Counted from the stretch's first letter, positions 1 to 10,961 are shown. The stretch is DNA of 51,087 nt from a virus (IMGVR_UViG_3300032260_000006:1-51087), one strand, 5' to 3'. Notes: generated by a model from the sequence alone, not told the origin. Program-made: numbers and translations.

Positions 1-1
1 T

Positions 2-826
2 AGTTCTTAATAATTGTACTTGCTTAACAATATCATCAGTAGAAAATGTTTGAAAAATCTGGCGAACCAATGAAGGTAATGCTACAGCTTTTAAACTCAT
101 CCCTAAAACCAATGTTTTATCTATTCCGTATTGTGGAAATTCTGGATTATCATTTTTCTTTAAATTAACTAAAATTTCCATATTTTGTTGTAAGGTATCA
201 TCAAAGCCTAATATTTTTAAATCATTATCTACAAATTGCAAATATTTATCAATGTCTTTACCCTTTATTGTATCACCATCAGGATTATCAATTACGCTAT
301 TAATAATAAACCTAGAATTGTTCTTAAAATTAATATTAAGAACTACACCACCATCTAAAGTATAGTCTTCTTGTATAATGGCATTAGATAATGCAACATC
401 AACCCAATCATTATCTCTATCTGTAGAACCAAATCTAGTCATCATTTCCTCTATAGTTTCATTATCTCTAGTTGATGTTGGTATAGATACTTCATTACTA
501 AATGATTCTTTTTTCACAGAACTTCTTGAAAACTTACTAAAATTACCTATTGTTTCAAGTTTTATCTTAATATCATCAGCAAATTCCATTAATATCCAAA
601 AATCTACAGTATTAAACCTTTCCATATTAAGGTCAAATAAATTAATAACAGAATCAGCTTCTTTAACTAATGATTCATATTCACCAAAAGCATCTCTATC
701 TAAATTTTCAGTTAAACCAGAATAATAATTCATTATTTCCTGAGAATCATTACTGACAAATTCAGTAAATCTCCTGAAGTAATCTTCAAGATCAAAACCT
801 GTTATATTTTTAAATTCATCGTACAT
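2..826 (-). CDS. Baseplate protein, possibly wedge/sheath-initiator (gp25-like C-terminal part); truncated at window edge
   Basis: Missing from the ORF track. ATG at 826 (MYDEFKNITGFDLEDYF...) reads open to the window start, ending ...NPEFPQYGIDK...LVRQIFQTFSTDD. It follows other baseplate genes. Confidence 0.6.
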   Translation of the reverse strand, partial: MYDEFKNITGFDLEDYFRRFTEFVSNDSQEIMNYYSGLTENLDRDAFGEYESLVKEADSVINLFDLNMERFNTVDFWILMEFADDIKIKLETIGNFSKFSRSSVKKESFSNEVSIPTSTRDNETIEEMMTRFGSTDRDNDWVDVALSNAIIQEDYTLDGGVVLNINFKNNSRFIINSVIDNPDGDTIKGKDIDKYLQFVDNDLKILGFDDTLQQNMEILVNLKKNDNPEFPQYGIDKTLVLGMSLKAVALPSLVRQIFQTFSTDDIVKQVQLLRT

Positions 827-834
827 CCTTTATC

Positions 835-1545
835 TTATGGTAAAGTTTTTACTACTTCAGATGCTAATTTATTGACAGCTTGTGCTAACAAATTTGCTGT
901 AAGAATAGCTGTTAATGATTTCTTACTTTTAATATTGTTATCAATTGGAGCAACAGCCCTTAATGTTACATTATAATTCCAAATCAAATTAGAAGAATCT
1001 CTAGATTGAGTAAATGTCTTATCAATAACCTCAACCACATAATTATCATTAAATGAAAAATTATAGAAATACAATCTAACTGGCAGTCCTCTCTGGTCTA
1101 ATACTTTTGATCCATTTAATATATTTTGAAATACTTTAGTTGTGCCATAACCTGTTTTAATAATTGGTCCTTGAAATTCACCTTTCGCCAAACCCAAGCC
1201 ACCTCTAAAACTCCTAAAATCAATAATTCTATTTCTAATTAATATTTTTAAATTTTTACCAAAATTACCACTTAAGTTAATATCTTTCGGTATAAATGAA
1301 TCTGTTTTTAAACTTGTAACACCTCTATTAACCTTCTTTATATTAGTTATTTCAGGTTCTGTAATAGAAATATTTGAAGGCATTATAGGTAAAGAAAACA
1401 GCTCCAAAGTATTATCTGATGAATCAACTAATTCAAAAGCAATAATATATGTTTCAAAATCATCTGGGAATAAAGCGTTTAATCCAGTTGATCCAAGTGT
1501 CGCTAATAATTTCTTTACCCTATCTGCACCTGAAGCTAATCCCAT
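835..1545 (-). CDS. Putative baseplate/tail-tube initiator protein
   Basis: 236 aa, with LPIMPSNISITEP, DINLSGNFG and WNYNVTLRAV segments typical of tube-initiator-like proteins. It lies next to the spike and hub genes. Confidence 0.5.
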   Translation of the reverse strand: MGLASGADRVKKLLATLGSTGLNALFPDDFETYIIAFELVDSSDNTLELFSLPIMPSNISITEPEITNIKKVNRGVTSLKTDSFIPKDINLSGNFGKNLKILIRNRIIDFRSFRGGLGLAKGEFQGPIIKTGYGTTKVFQNILNGSKVLDQRGLPVRLYFYNFSFNDNYVVEVIDKTFTQSRDSSNLIWNYNVTLRAVAPIDNNIKSKKSLTAILTANLLAQAVNKLASEVVKTLP

Positions 1546-1593
1546 ATATTAATTTTTTATAAAAATAATAAAAATTTTAAGATAATTAAAATC

Positions 1594-2469
1594 TTATTCG
1601 GTAAAAGTTTTATCAGAACTAACTTCACTTAAATCTCCTCTCTCGACAATAGTTGCTACAGCTGCTTGCCAAACTGCCCAAGTTGGGTCTGGAGCTCCTG
1701 TAGTGACATTAGCAGGTATAATGTTTGCAATTGATGTGATTAAATCAGTTAATGCTTGAATTTCTTTCGATAATTCATCAACTGTTTTAGTTCCTAACAA
1801 TAAGGGTTCTAGAGTAACATCTTCATCTTCTATATCTCCTAAATTAATTACACCTTCCTTAGAGTTAATATTAGCATCTTCAATGGTAGAGATATTTAAT
1901 CCTTTTAAAATATTCAAAATCATGCTTTGTAATTCCATTCGGAAATTACCTTGCAAATTAACCTCAATTCCACCATTGTTACTTTCATTAATTACATCAA
2001 TAAAAATTTTTCCACCAGTTTTATCATCAGCTTCAGTTTCTCCACTAACATTACCAAAGACTTTTATAAATAAATTACCTTCCTTAGCTTTACCTGAAAT
2101 TGACACCGAACCAGTTTCTGTATATTTTTCAAACCTAAATTCATGTTCAGTTAAATTAGTAGATTCATCATCTTTAAGTAATCTACCTTTAATAATTGGA
2201 ATATTATGATGATATTCAGTGTTATAAACTAATGCACTGCCTAATTGTTTAGTTTCACTGGGAAAGTCAATTACTTGTAAGGTTTCTGTAGTTATTCTCG
2301 CATTAAACACATTACTGCCATCCTCGCATTGAACAGAAATCATACCTCTTCTGTAACAATCCTGAACATACTTACCTCTATCAACATTTTCAGGTATTAT
2401 TACGTAACAAATGCCGATTGGATATCTTTTATTTTTTACACCTTGTGTTTGAACTGGATTTGGTTCCAT
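1594..2469 (-). CDS. Putative baseplate central spike (gpV-like)
   Basis: 291 aa with a beta-rich middle and a C-terminal 'INLGD...EPLLLG...LSEVSSDKTFTE' segment typical of spike proteins. It follows the hub gene. Confidence 0.55.
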   Translation of the reverse strand: MEPNPVQTQGVKNKRYPIGICYVIIPENVDRGKYVQDCYRRGMISVQCEDGSNVFNARITTETLQVIDFPSETKQLGSALVYNTEYHHNIPIIKGRLLKDDESTNLTEHEFRFEKYTETGSVSISGKAKEGNLFIKVFGNVSGETEADDKTGGKIFIDVINESNNGGIEVNLQGNFRMELQSMILNILKGLNISTIEDANINSKEGVINLGDIEDEDVTLEPLLLGTKTVDELSKEIQALTDLITSIANIIPANVTTGAPDPTWAVWQAAVATIVERGDLSEVSSDKTFTE

Positions 2470-2471
2470 AA

Positions 2472-4640
2472 TTATTCCATTTGTTGTCTTTCGTAAAAGA
2501 AGTTAAACACATCTAAATTTACACCAAAATTGCTTTGTACATTTACTTTTGGTTTATTTTTTGTTGTTCCTCCACTTATAAGTTTTTCAATCAATATATC
2601 TCTAATTACATCAGTATCAACTATATTAAAATATGTAGTTTTACCTTTTAGGTATTTTTCAACCATGCCTCTACTTAAACTAAGAGTGGTTGTTCTATCT
2701 ATTAGTGAGCTATTTATTGTAAAGTTATTTGAAACTGCATCCACGTAAAAAATTTCCTTACCGTACCTTATCCAAGTTCCACGCTTAAATCTTCTATCGC
2801 CATTTAAAGTAACAGACCCCTTTCTTGTAAAAGGTAAATAAATATGTGAATCTATCATGTACTTATAATCGTTTATAACAGCTTCTTTTGTTAAGTCTCT
2901 ATTGATATCACTATCTTTACCTGTTAATGCCTGATAGCTTATATAATTAGATATATGGCTTAATCTTCTACTACCCCATTTGTTTGCATATTCAGGAAAA
3001 TAAACAATAGGAATATAAGCCAATGAAACTGCATTATTCCCACCTATGAAATTCCCTTGTGGTTTTAACTCATACCAACTATATATATTTTGATCTTCCC
3101 ACATTAATTCTTCTGAAATTACATCTTCAGGCTCTACTGTTAATACCAAATCTGTTGATTCTTGTCGAAAAGATTCATTATTTAGTATTAAATCTTCAGC
3201 TTGATTAATGACAAAATTTTCATCAACAGCAACTCCATCAATAACCGAAAGTATTTGTGATTTTGTATAAGGTGGTTGTCTAACTATAAAGTTATAAAAA
3301 TCACCATATGTGTCGCCAAAAAATTCTACAAAGGGTTCTTGGCATAATTTCTGAAATTGTAATATTAAACTACCATCTGGTTGGCTTGATGAAGAATCTG
3401 CAATTCTACGATCTGATACATTGGAGTCAACTAATAGTTTAATTATTTGCCAAACCCCAGTATGAAAATCTTCTGTTAATTCACCACCACCTTCATTGTC
3501 TAATCTAAATACTTTAGTTCTTCTCTTTCCATATGAACTGAATAAATCAATTTCTTCATCAACTACACCTATGTTGGCTAATTGATTTATAATGAATTGT
3601 AGAGATGAAGCTATTCCTTTAAGTGAATGAGTATATAAATAATCATAAGCTCCAGACGTAAATGTTCTTTGCAGTAATTTCTCATCATCTTGCTTATTTA
3701 CAAATACATCTGTTGAATTTTCAACAAACAATAGTGGTATAAAATAACTTCCATCATCAATTATAAGCTTAATAAAATCCCTACCTACAATAGAAATGCT
3801 TACATCGTTACTAACAAAATTAGTAGATTTAGAATTAGTGTCAACTAACCCTATCATATCATAAATTTGTTCCGACAAAACAGAATTACTTAAAACAAAA
3901 TCTTTTTGACGTTCTTCTGGTTCTATATCAAGTTGTTCAAATTTTATAAATACAATATCATTATTTTGTATATATTTGTGAAAATAAAATTCATTATTTT
4001 CTCCAGTAATGTCATTTCTAATATTATTGCCACTATAAAATTCATCTCCCGAAAGATATAAATCTTCATCAGCTACACTAACAACTGGTGGTAATTCAAT
4101 ATTAAAAGACCCACCTTCTTTAGTTACAGAAATAGAACAAGACATTACATAAGGTGTTACGTTTATTATTTCATTAAATGCACCTACAAATATCCAAACA
4201 GAAAGGTTGGGGAATATAGTGGTTAAGGAATCAATACTATCATACCTAAGTCTACTTTTAGGCCTATATAATGGGTCACTCAATAATTGCAATAAAGATT
4301 TACCATAGAATGTTGGAAAGTCAGCTTGTTCTAAAAATTGATTTTTACCAGAAATTGATAATAATTCTTTATTTAAAACAGTTTTATCAACAATTAATTC
4401 AGTATTAACCTTCAATAACTCTATAGAAATATCCTTTATATTATCTTCTTTCTCTTGAGTAGTATACATTTCATATATACGATCTAAATTACTTCGCCCA
4501 GTACCCCCATCATAATTCAAAAACCCAACTTTATCATCTTTAAATGATATTGCAGGGGAATCTGGATTACTTAAAAAACCTGTTACTGTATCTATAGCAA
4601 CCTCATTATGTATATATATTTCATATTCTGTTAATGCCAT
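2472..4640 (-). CDS. Putative baseplate hub protein
   Basis: 722 aa directly after the tape measure gene. It has the hub-like segments 'SIVGRDFIK', 'QEPFVEFFGDT' and 'KGSVTLNGDRRFKRGT...FYVDAVSNNF...TTTLSLSRG'. Confidence 0.65.
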   Translation of the reverse strand: MALTEYEIYIHNEVAIDTVTGFLSNPDSPAISFKDDKVGFLNYDGGTGRSNLDRIYEMYTTQEKEDNIKDISIELLKVNTELIVDKTVLNKELLSISGKNQFLEQADFPTFYGKSLLQLLSDPLYRPKSRLRYDSIDSLTTIFPNLSVWIFVGAFNEIINVTPYVMSCSISVTKEGGSFNIELPPVVSVADEDLYLSGDEFYSGNNIRNDITGENNEFYFHKYIQNNDIVFIKFEQLDIEPEERQKDFVLSNSVLSEQIYDMIGLVDTNSKSTNFVSNDVSISIVGRDFIKLIIDDGSYFIPLLFVENSTDVFVNKQDDEKLLQRTFTSGAYDYLYTHSLKGIASSLQFIINQLANIGVVDEEIDLFSSYGKRRTKVFRLDNEGGGELTEDFHTGVWQIIKLLVDSNVSDRRIADSSSSQPDGSLILQFQKLCQEPFVEFFGDTYGDFYNFIVRQPPYTKSQILSVIDGVAVDENFVINQAEDLILNNESFRQESTDLVLTVEPEDVISEELMWEDQNIYSWYELKPQGNFIGGNNAVSLAYIPIVYFPEYANKWGSRRLSHISNYISYQALTGKDSDINRDLTKEAVINDYKYMIDSHIYLPFTRKGSVTLNGDRRFKRGTWIRYGKEIFYVDAVSNNFTINSSLIDRTTTLSLSRGMVEKYLKGKTTYFNIVDTDVIRDILIEKLISGGTTKNKPKVNVQSNFGVNLDVFNFFYERQQME

Positions 4641-6400
4641 TATTCCATTACTGATTTAATAAGTTTTGCAGCCTTTACTCCAAATGATGTAGCTCCTTTT
4701 GATACCACATTTGATTCAGTTTTCACTACAGCTTGGTATCCACCCATTATTTTAGCTAGAACATCAACCGATTCTTTTAAGTCATCCATTGATGCAGGTA
4801 ATTGTTGGTCAATAAATTTATCTATTGCATTAGTAAGTGCTTGCCCACCTGTTTCAAACATTTGGGTAAAATTAGCCGATGCTGCATCTAATGTGCCAGT
4901 TGCACCAATTGCACGACCCTTTAAATTAGTTATACCTAATTGCCCAGAATAATCACCTAAATCAAATCCATCTTCTCCAAATCCACCAGCAATTTTTCTT
5001 GCTTGTGATGTTGATAAACCAGCAAATGAACCCCTTATATTTCTAGCAAACACTTCTTTATTGGCAGAAACACTTCTTAATTGATTTAGATATCCCCCAA
5101 TACCCTTTAAGGTTGGATTTTCACGCATTTCTTCAAGATCTAACAGGCTTGCATTAGGATTAGCTGCACTTAATGCCCTAAATTGTAATGCTTCCATCTG
5201 AGGACTTGAAGGAGCTTTAAATCCCTGCATTAATGCAGGCAATACACCTCTCAAAACATCTGGATTTTTAAAACTTTCATCAAGGCTTGCTATCCCAGCA
5301 ACTAAATTAGTGGCGATTTCATTATTAGTTTCACCAGCTACTTTTAATTGTTCTTGTTGGATATTAATTAACAAAGGAAGATATTCACCTAACAGACTTG
5401 TATCTTGATCCATAGCTCCAATCGCTTGCAATCCACGTGTAAGTCTTTGGGTACCAGCTAAAGCACCAGTTCCTCCACCACGAGTAAGTTTTTCTTGCTC
5501 CAATAGCATTCCTCTATCAAGCCCTGCTCCTTTTTCTAAATAAGCTAAATCTTTAGTTGCACCATAAGAACCTGCTACGCCACCCCTTGAAATTGCAACT
5601 TGTTTATTTAATTGTAAAACTTCAGCTTTGGTTAGTCCAATAGACTGCATACCTGAACCACGACCAAAATAACTACCTTGCCCAGCCAAACCATACATTC
5701 CTCCAGCAGCTGTTTGATAAGTCTGAGCTGCACCCAATGCCCTGCTTGCTATTGTGCTTGCTGCTTGACCTATAACTGGGATAAATGCTAATGCTGATGC
5801 AATTGCAAAAAATTGATTTTGACTTCCTCCAACCATACCAGCAACACCAGCTGCTTTTTCAGCAACGCCACCTGTAAGATTATCACGTTCTTCACGTTCT
5901 TGGGACTTTACATCACCTAATTGTTGTCTTTGAAGGGTTTCTTTGAGAATTTTTAATTCATCTCCACGAGGACCTAATTCACCAACTGTTTTACTTTTGA
6001 TTAATTGTTTTTCAACACCCTTCCTATCTTCAACTATCTCCCTCTTAGATGTTTGTTTAGTAGTTTCAATTAATTCTCTTAATAAAGCAACTTGTTGGGT
6101 ATCTTCTTTCGATGCAAGATTAATTTCAGAAACTTGTCGTTTATAGGCACTTGGAGATATTCCCTCTCTTTGTTTTTTTGCTTCTAAATCTACTAATTGA
6201 CCTTGTTTAGCTACACGTGTTCTACGCTCTATAGCTTTTATTTGTTCCTCAATATAAGCTAAAGCTTCCTTTCCTGATGTGGTGTAAGCTCTAGCATCAC
6301 GAATTAAACCACGACCCAATTCTTCTGAATCTCTCTTAAGTTTCGCAATTACAGGACTTACATCATTTTCAGCAGAAAATTTTATTTTTTTATCAGCCAT
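4640..6400 (-). CDS. Tape measure protein
   Basis: 586 aa, helical and Ala/Gly-rich, with N-terminus 'KKIKFSAENDVS'. It lies between the tail chaperones and the hub. Confidence 0.7.
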   Translation of the reverse strand: MADKKIKFSAENDVSPVIAKLKRDSEELGRGLIRDARAYTTSGKEALAYIEEQIKAIERRTRVAKQGQLVDLEAKKQREGISPSAYKRQVSEINLASKEDTQQVALLRELIETTKQTSKREIVEDRKGVEKQLIKSKTVGELGPRGDELKILKETLQRQQLGDVKSQEREERDNLTGGVAEKAAGVAGMVGGSQNQFFAIASALAFIPVIGQAASTIASRALGAAQTYQTAAGGMYGLAGQGSYFGRGSGMQSIGLTKAEVLQLNKQVAISRGGVAGSYGATKDLAYLEKGAGLDRGMLLEQEKLTRGGGTGALAGTQRLTRGLQAIGAMDQDTSLLGEYLPLLINIQQEQLKVAGETNNEIATNLVAGIASLDESFKNPDVLRGVLPALMQGFKAPSSPQMEALQFRALSAANPNASLLDLEEMRENPTLKGIGGYLNQLRSVSANKEVFARNIRGSFAGLSTSQARKIAGGFGEDGFDLGDYSGQLGITNLKGRAIGATGTLDAASANFTQMFETGGQALTNAIDKFIDQQLPASMDDLKESVDVLAKIMGGYQAVVKTESNVVSKGATSFGVKAAKLIKSVME

Positions 6401-6403
6401 TTT

Positions 6404-6706
6404 TTATTTAATAGGGGAACTAAACCAATCATCAACTTCTGATTTAGAAGAAGTTAATCCACTCCACCAATTACCTGATAATGGCTTGTATGGAATTTTA
6501 TTTTTTGCTTCTTCTCTTTCCTTATCTTTATCAGCATAATATTCTTTAAACATTATCTCTTCATAATATTCATAATACTGACCAAAAAAAGTAGATTCCC
6601 TATGTGCATTTGATAAATACGAAATGTTGTATTTATTTCGCCACCACTTGTCCAAAGGGAATCTATTATTCCAAGCAATTACTGATTGCTTGATATTATT
6701 TTTCAT
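6404..6706 (-). CDS. Putative tail assembly chaperone (downstream ORF)
   Basis: About 100 aa with ATG at 6706, overlapping the end of the upstream ORF, in the standard position before the tape measure gene. Confidence 0.5.
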   Translation of the reverse strand: MKNNIKQSVIAWNNRFPLDKWWRNKYNISYLSNAHRESTFFGQYYEYYEEIMFKEYYADKDKEREEAKNKIPYKPLSGNWWSGLTSSKSEVDDWFSSPIK

Positions 6707-7097
6707 CAAGATCTACTTCATCACCGTTTATTTCTTCATCTTCAAATGGAGAATTGAATTCCTTCATCCATAATCTCCACCAAGGAGCTAAATTCTTAAT
6801 ATAAACAGACAATAATTCTCTAATATCAAGAATACTTAATTTTTCAAAATTCTTAGTAGCAACACTTTCTTCAATTTTAGGCTCAAGTACTCTAAATGTA
6901 GCTATCATTTCGATTAAACTGGCTGCATTTAATGAGTCTTGAAAATACGTGGTTGCAATATGCTTATAGGCATCATTAGACAATCTTTGTTTTTCAGCTT
7001 CAATAGCAACAAAATGTTGCACTGATACGTCTGCAATATCAAAACTGAATGAATCATTTTTGATTTTAATTATTTTAACTCTTTCTAAATCCTTCAT
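6696..7097 (-). CDS. Putative tail assembly chaperone
   Basis: 133 aa with an acidic C-terminus, immediately after the tail tube gene. Confidence 0.55.
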   Translation of the reverse strand: MKDLERVKIIKIKNDSFSFDIADVSVQHFVAIEAEKQRLSNDAYKHIATTYFQDSLNAASLIEMIATFRVLEPKIEESVATKNFEKLSILDIRELLSVYIKNLAPWWRLWMKEFNSPFEDEEINGDEVDLDEK

Positions 7098-7128
7098 TTA
7101 TTTACGATTAATTATTATTGTTATTATT

Positions 7129-7611
7129 TTAAGATGGAAAAGTGATTGGGTCTAAGAATCTTCCTGATTGACTATAAGACGAAACTTGTCCTTCACTAAT
7201 ATTAAATGTCATACTGTCTAACAAACATTTTCTTAATATAGCTATTGGTTCTTCGCCTACAGCAGTTACTAACCCAGTCGTATCATCAATTGATGTAGGA
7301 ACTTTTTTATAAATATAAATATCTATGTTTGTTTCGCCCAACAAAAGTGTATTAACAAATTGTGTTGGGCTAACAACTGAACGATTCATTAATTGCTTAA
7401 CTCCTGAACTTTCTACATCAACTAAAAATGAATCAATTGAAAATGTTCCTGAGTGCGATAGAATTGGTGTTTCTATGGCTTGTAAATTGCCCAAACCCCT
7501 AACTTCTGCACGAGCATAAGTCTCAGTTGCTCGAATATCTTTTATTTTACCTATTGTTACGCCATTTGCTTTTACTAAAGCAATTGGTCCTGTTATTACT
7601 GTTTGTGCCAT
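7129..7611 (-). CDS. Tail tube protein
   Basis: 160 aa after the sheath gene. 'ITGPIALVKANGVTIGKIKDIRATETYARAEVRGLG' is tube-like. Confidence 0.8.
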   Translation of the reverse strand: MAQTVITGPIALVKANGVTIGKIKDIRATETYARAEVRGLGNLQAIETPILSHSGTFSIDSFLVDVESSGVKQLMNRSVVSPTQFVNTLLLGETNIDIYIYKKVPTSIDDTTGLVTAVGEEPIAILRKCLLDSMTFNISEGQVSSYSQSGRFLDPITFPS

Positions 7612-7619
7612 AACCTATC

Positions 7620-9269
7620 TTAATTTACCATAAACCCAGTCATGAAAAATTTGTTAATAGGAGTATTAGGATTAAACTCATACGTCACAGATTTTGCATC
7701 CTGATTTGTTACCACCGAAATATTTCTATACGCAATAATTAAATTATCATCAGTGGCAGTTGCCACTTTATCATTTAATTGTCCAGCCACATAATCAATA
7801 ATTGTTCTGTCAGTTAATGTATTTAGATTTGGACCTTCTTCTCCACCTAACAAATCTCTACGAACATTAATGGTTAAATCAAGATTTAACTGACTAGAAA
7901 TTCTCCTTACAGAAATTTCATTAGTTGTACCATCTTCATTGATCATATTAATATTATTCTGAAGAGTGTTAACAGCTTGTAAAATAGTGTAAGAGGGTGT
8001 TAATAATTGAGTATCTAAAGAAATCATAAGAACGCCAGCTTGTAAGCCTGTTTTCTTGTCGCTATTCTCTAATTGATGTTGCACCCCGCTAATAGGTAAT
8101 GTTTTAAATGTTCCAGGTGTTTGTGGTTCAAGACCAGCAATTCTACCTAAAACTAATGCTGCTGTATATAAAGCATCCCATTCTCTAATTCTATTAGGTG
8201 TAATTGAGCTGTCAAGCTTAACGCCACCATGAACAACTACAACTCTATCACTATTAAAGTGTTGTGCTGCTGGTATTGATCCATTAGCTTGTGTAAATTT
8301 TGTATCATTTACGCCACCACCTATGAATATTTGCTTCTCCCATGAAGTATCAACATCCAACACATGACTTAATAATGTATCATTATCAATATCTTCTGCA
8401 TTATCGCCATAATTATCGCTAAGAATAAATGTATATCTTAATGTAGCAATTGCATTTAAAACTAGTGCTAGATTAGCAGAACTAAAGGTTTCTGTGCCTC
8501 CTACCGCAAGAGTATATACTGCATAAGTAATTAAGTCAGCAGCATCTATTGATCCATCACCAGCTACAGTTGCTGTTGAAATATCAAAAAATTCTTGAAA
8601 GGTAGCATCTGCTGCTGCCCAAGCATTTATTTCTGCCATGTCAGCAAGTTCAGGGCTTGTTACTACAGTTTTTGGCGGAGAAGCTGATTCTGCTATATCG
8701 CCATAAGGAAATCCATCAGCAGCTAATCCTGTAAATGTCCCTAAATAAACTGTCAATATAAATTTAGCAGGATCTTGTATTCCCGCACTTAATTTGAAAG
8801 CATATCCTTTCCTTAATTCACTGCTTGTTAATGACCCATTACCAACTAAACCTTCATCTCTGCATTTAAATGCAAGTGTGCCACCATTAGCTGCACCACC
8901 CACAGGGCTAAATGTCATTGTTGCTGCTACAGTAGTTGCTGCTCTAACATAATAAACTGTACTTGCACCATTTACTCCTGGTTGTTGTAATGGTTCAAAC
9001 AATGGTTTAGCAAGAGTATACCAATACCCTCCTTTTACCATTGTTCTAAAATCTTCAATATTATCAGTTGGAAATACAGTATCTAAACCACTGGCTAATT
9101 CACCATCAATACCTGCACCACCACCATAATTTGCACCACTTCCTGTGTCGATAATTATTACATTACCGTATGAAAGGGATATTGGTGGATTTTTAATCCC
9201 TGATTTTATTGTTGAATATACTCCTGGAAGTATAATCTTTCTTCCTTCAAAATTGACTTCAGTAGCCAT
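7620..9269 (-). CDS. Contractile tail sheath protein
   Basis: 549 aa with the 'ILPGVYSTIKSG' N-terminus, 'AALVLGRIAGL...TFKTL', 'EISVRRI' and a C-terminal 'NPNTPINKF', all sheath-family hallmarks. Confidence 0.9.
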   Translation of the reverse strand: MATEVNFEGRKIILPGVYSTIKSGIKNPPISLSYGNVIIIDTGSGANYGGGAGIDGELASGLDTVFPTDNIEDFRTMVKGGYWYTLAKPLFEPLQQPGVNGASTVYYVRAATTVAATMTFSPVGGAANGGTLAFKCRDEGLVGNGSLTSSELRKGYAFKLSAGIQDPAKFILTVYLGTFTGLAADGFPYGDIAESASPPKTVVTSPELADMAEINAWAAADATFQEFFDISTATVAGDGSIDAADLITYAVYTLAVGGTETFSSANLALVLNAIATLRYTFILSDNYGDNAEDIDNDTLLSHVLDVDTSWEKQIFIGGGVNDTKFTQANGSIPAAQHFNSDRVVVVHGGVKLDSSITPNRIREWDALYTAALVLGRIAGLEPQTPGTFKTLPISGVQHQLENSDKKTGLQAGVLMISLDTQLLTPSYTILQAVNTLQNNINMINEDGTTNEISVRRISSQLNLDLTINVRRDLLGGEEGPNLNTLTDRTIIDYVAGQLNDKVATATDDNLIIAYRNISVVTNQDAKSVTYEFNPNTPINKFFMTGFMVN

Positions 9270-9344
9270 CGTAATGTATATTTGTATTTTATAACTACCG
9301 ATTCTATTATTTACAATTTTTTATAAAATTAATAAAAAAATACC

Positions 9345-9551
9345 TTATTTAAAAATAATTTTTTTATTAATCATAATTTCTTCCCATTCTCCTTCAGTTT
9401 TCATATACTCCCTATATGTCCTTTCAAGGGTTTTAATAAGATCTTCACTACCTAATTGCTTATTAATATAAAAAAACTGTCTAACTGAATAATATTTTAA
9501 TTCTTCAGTTTTTTCTTCTTTATTTTGAATATTTTCTTTTTTCTTAGTCAT
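9345..9551 (-). CDS. Small protein preceding the sheath gene
   Basis: 68-aa ORF overlapping the upstream gene. Confidence 0.55.
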   Translation of the reverse strand: MTKKKENIQNKEEKTEELKYYSVRQFFYINKQLGSEDLIKTLERTYREYMKTEGEWEEIMINKKIIFK

Positions 9552-10212
9552 ATGCCTCTCCTGTTATTGGTGAAATACTGTTTACTAATACTACACTAGC
9601 AAATTTAGGTATATTTAATTCAAAAAACGAATCTAAATGTAAAATTCTCATGTAAGCATTGTTTTGTAATGTATCGTTTATTTTTAAATCAGATCCATAT
9701 ATTTTAAGGTTTCTAAATCCATTAACTTCAAGACTTTCAACATTATTAATTAATGCTGCCTTCAAAGTATAAAAAATCATCAGCACTTCAAATGAATTAC
9801 TTCCTGTAATAATTAATTCAAATTTTGATTCATACCCTCTTGTATAGTATTCTGTCATTGTTTGATTTGGAGCAACAGAACTTGCATCTAAAGTATTTTC
9901 TACATAGCCATCATCAAGTCCAATTCCATCTGCATAAGGTGTTTCATTAGGAATTGTTACATGAACAGTTGGTAGGCTAGCTCTTTCACGATCAAACAGT
10001 AACCTTGTATCTATTGTGCGTGGATCATCAGCTGTTCTATTGAAGATTTTTATAGCTTCAGCTAAAAACACATATTTGCCTGAAATTAAGCCATTATACA
10101 TCTTATAAAGAAATGTAGTGGATTTATCACCAGCACTTGTGTAATCAGTCTTTATTTTGTCTAAAATCGCATCTAATAATGATTTTAACAGTATGTCTGG
10201 CATTAGTATCAT
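9544..10212 (-). CDS. Putative tail terminator/completion protein
   Basis: 222 aa, positioned between the neck genes and the sheath, with 'LPTVHVTIPNE'. Confidence 0.55.
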   Translation of the reverse strand: MILMPDILLKSLLDAILDKIKTDYTSAGDKSTTFLYKMYNGLISGKYVFLAEAIKIFNRTADDPRTIDTRLLFDRERASLPTVHVTIPNETPYADGIGLDDGYVENTLDASSVAPNQTMTEYYTRGYESKFELIITGSNSFEVLMIFYTLKAALINNVESLEVNGFRNLKIYGSDLKINDTLQNNAYMRILHLDSFFELNIPKFASVVLVNSISPITGEAYD

Positions 10213-10961
10213 AATTGCTCTACGTATTTTTCCATTAAATGATCAACGACATCAGGTATATTCATAGCAGATAATGCTTTTTCAGCTAAATTATGAGCTT
10301 CTATACCTGTATGAATCCAAGAATTATCGTCACTATTGCTACTTACCCTTCTAAAACTAGCATAAGTTCCTCTTCCAGTTGAATCCTTTTTCTTTTGAAT
10401 GCCAGCATAAATACTATGTTTATGCTGATAAGCTTCAAATACTTTACTTTTAGCAATAACCTCTGATCTTATTTTTTTTACTTGAAATTCTTTAGGGAGA
10501 TTCTTAACATCTAAACCCTCTCCCTTGTCTAATTTCTTAGCTTCTTTATAGACTTCACTCGGTAAAACACCTGTAAATGCTGAACTTTCTCCTATTGCGC
10601 CAGCAGAAGCTGATCTAAATGGAATAGTTAAATACCATCCTCCACTAGCTGTAAGGTGTTTTTTGCTTGATTTCTCAAAACCTTCTTTTTGATCAAACCC
10701 ACTAATTCCTTGCTCTATAGCATTAGGAAGCCAACCATTTAATCCAACCTCATAATTAAAATCATCTATTTTATTTACATAGATAGCATTTTTATATTCA
10801 ATTTTACTTGAGCCCAATGAACTAGCTTCTTTATTCCAAACCATAGCAAATTCTGTGGCAAGTTCACTAATTATATTACTAGTAAATTGCTTTATTTCAT
10901 CTACTGGAATATTAAAACTTTCAGCAAATGCACTTGCATCTATGTTTATTGGTACTAACAT
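10209..10961 (-). CDS. Putative neck/tail completion protein (SPO1/Twort-like)
   Basis: 250 aa with 'GGWYLTIPFR' and 'YASFRRVSSNSDDNSWIHTG' motifs resembling Herelleviridae-type neck-region proteins. Confidence 0.6.
   Translation of the reverse strand: MLVPINIDASAFAESFNIPVDEIKQFTSNIISELATEFAMVWNKEASSLGSSKIEYKNAIYVNKIDDFNYEVGLNGWLPNAIEQGISGFDQKEGFEKSSKKHLTASGGWYLTIPFRSASAGAIGESSAFTGVLPSEVYKEAKKLDKGEGLDVKNLPKEFQVKKIRSEVIAKSKVFEAYQHKHSIYAGIQKKKDSTGRGTYASFRRVSSNSDDNSWIHTGIEAHNLAEKALSAMNIPDVVDHLMEKYVEQL

Noticed and set aside
6690-6712. Programmed -1 frameshift between the tail chaperone ORFs
   Set aside because: The downstream ORF is in the +1 frame and has its own ATG. I saw no XXXYYYZ heptamer at the overlap. 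A +1 shift cannot be excluded.
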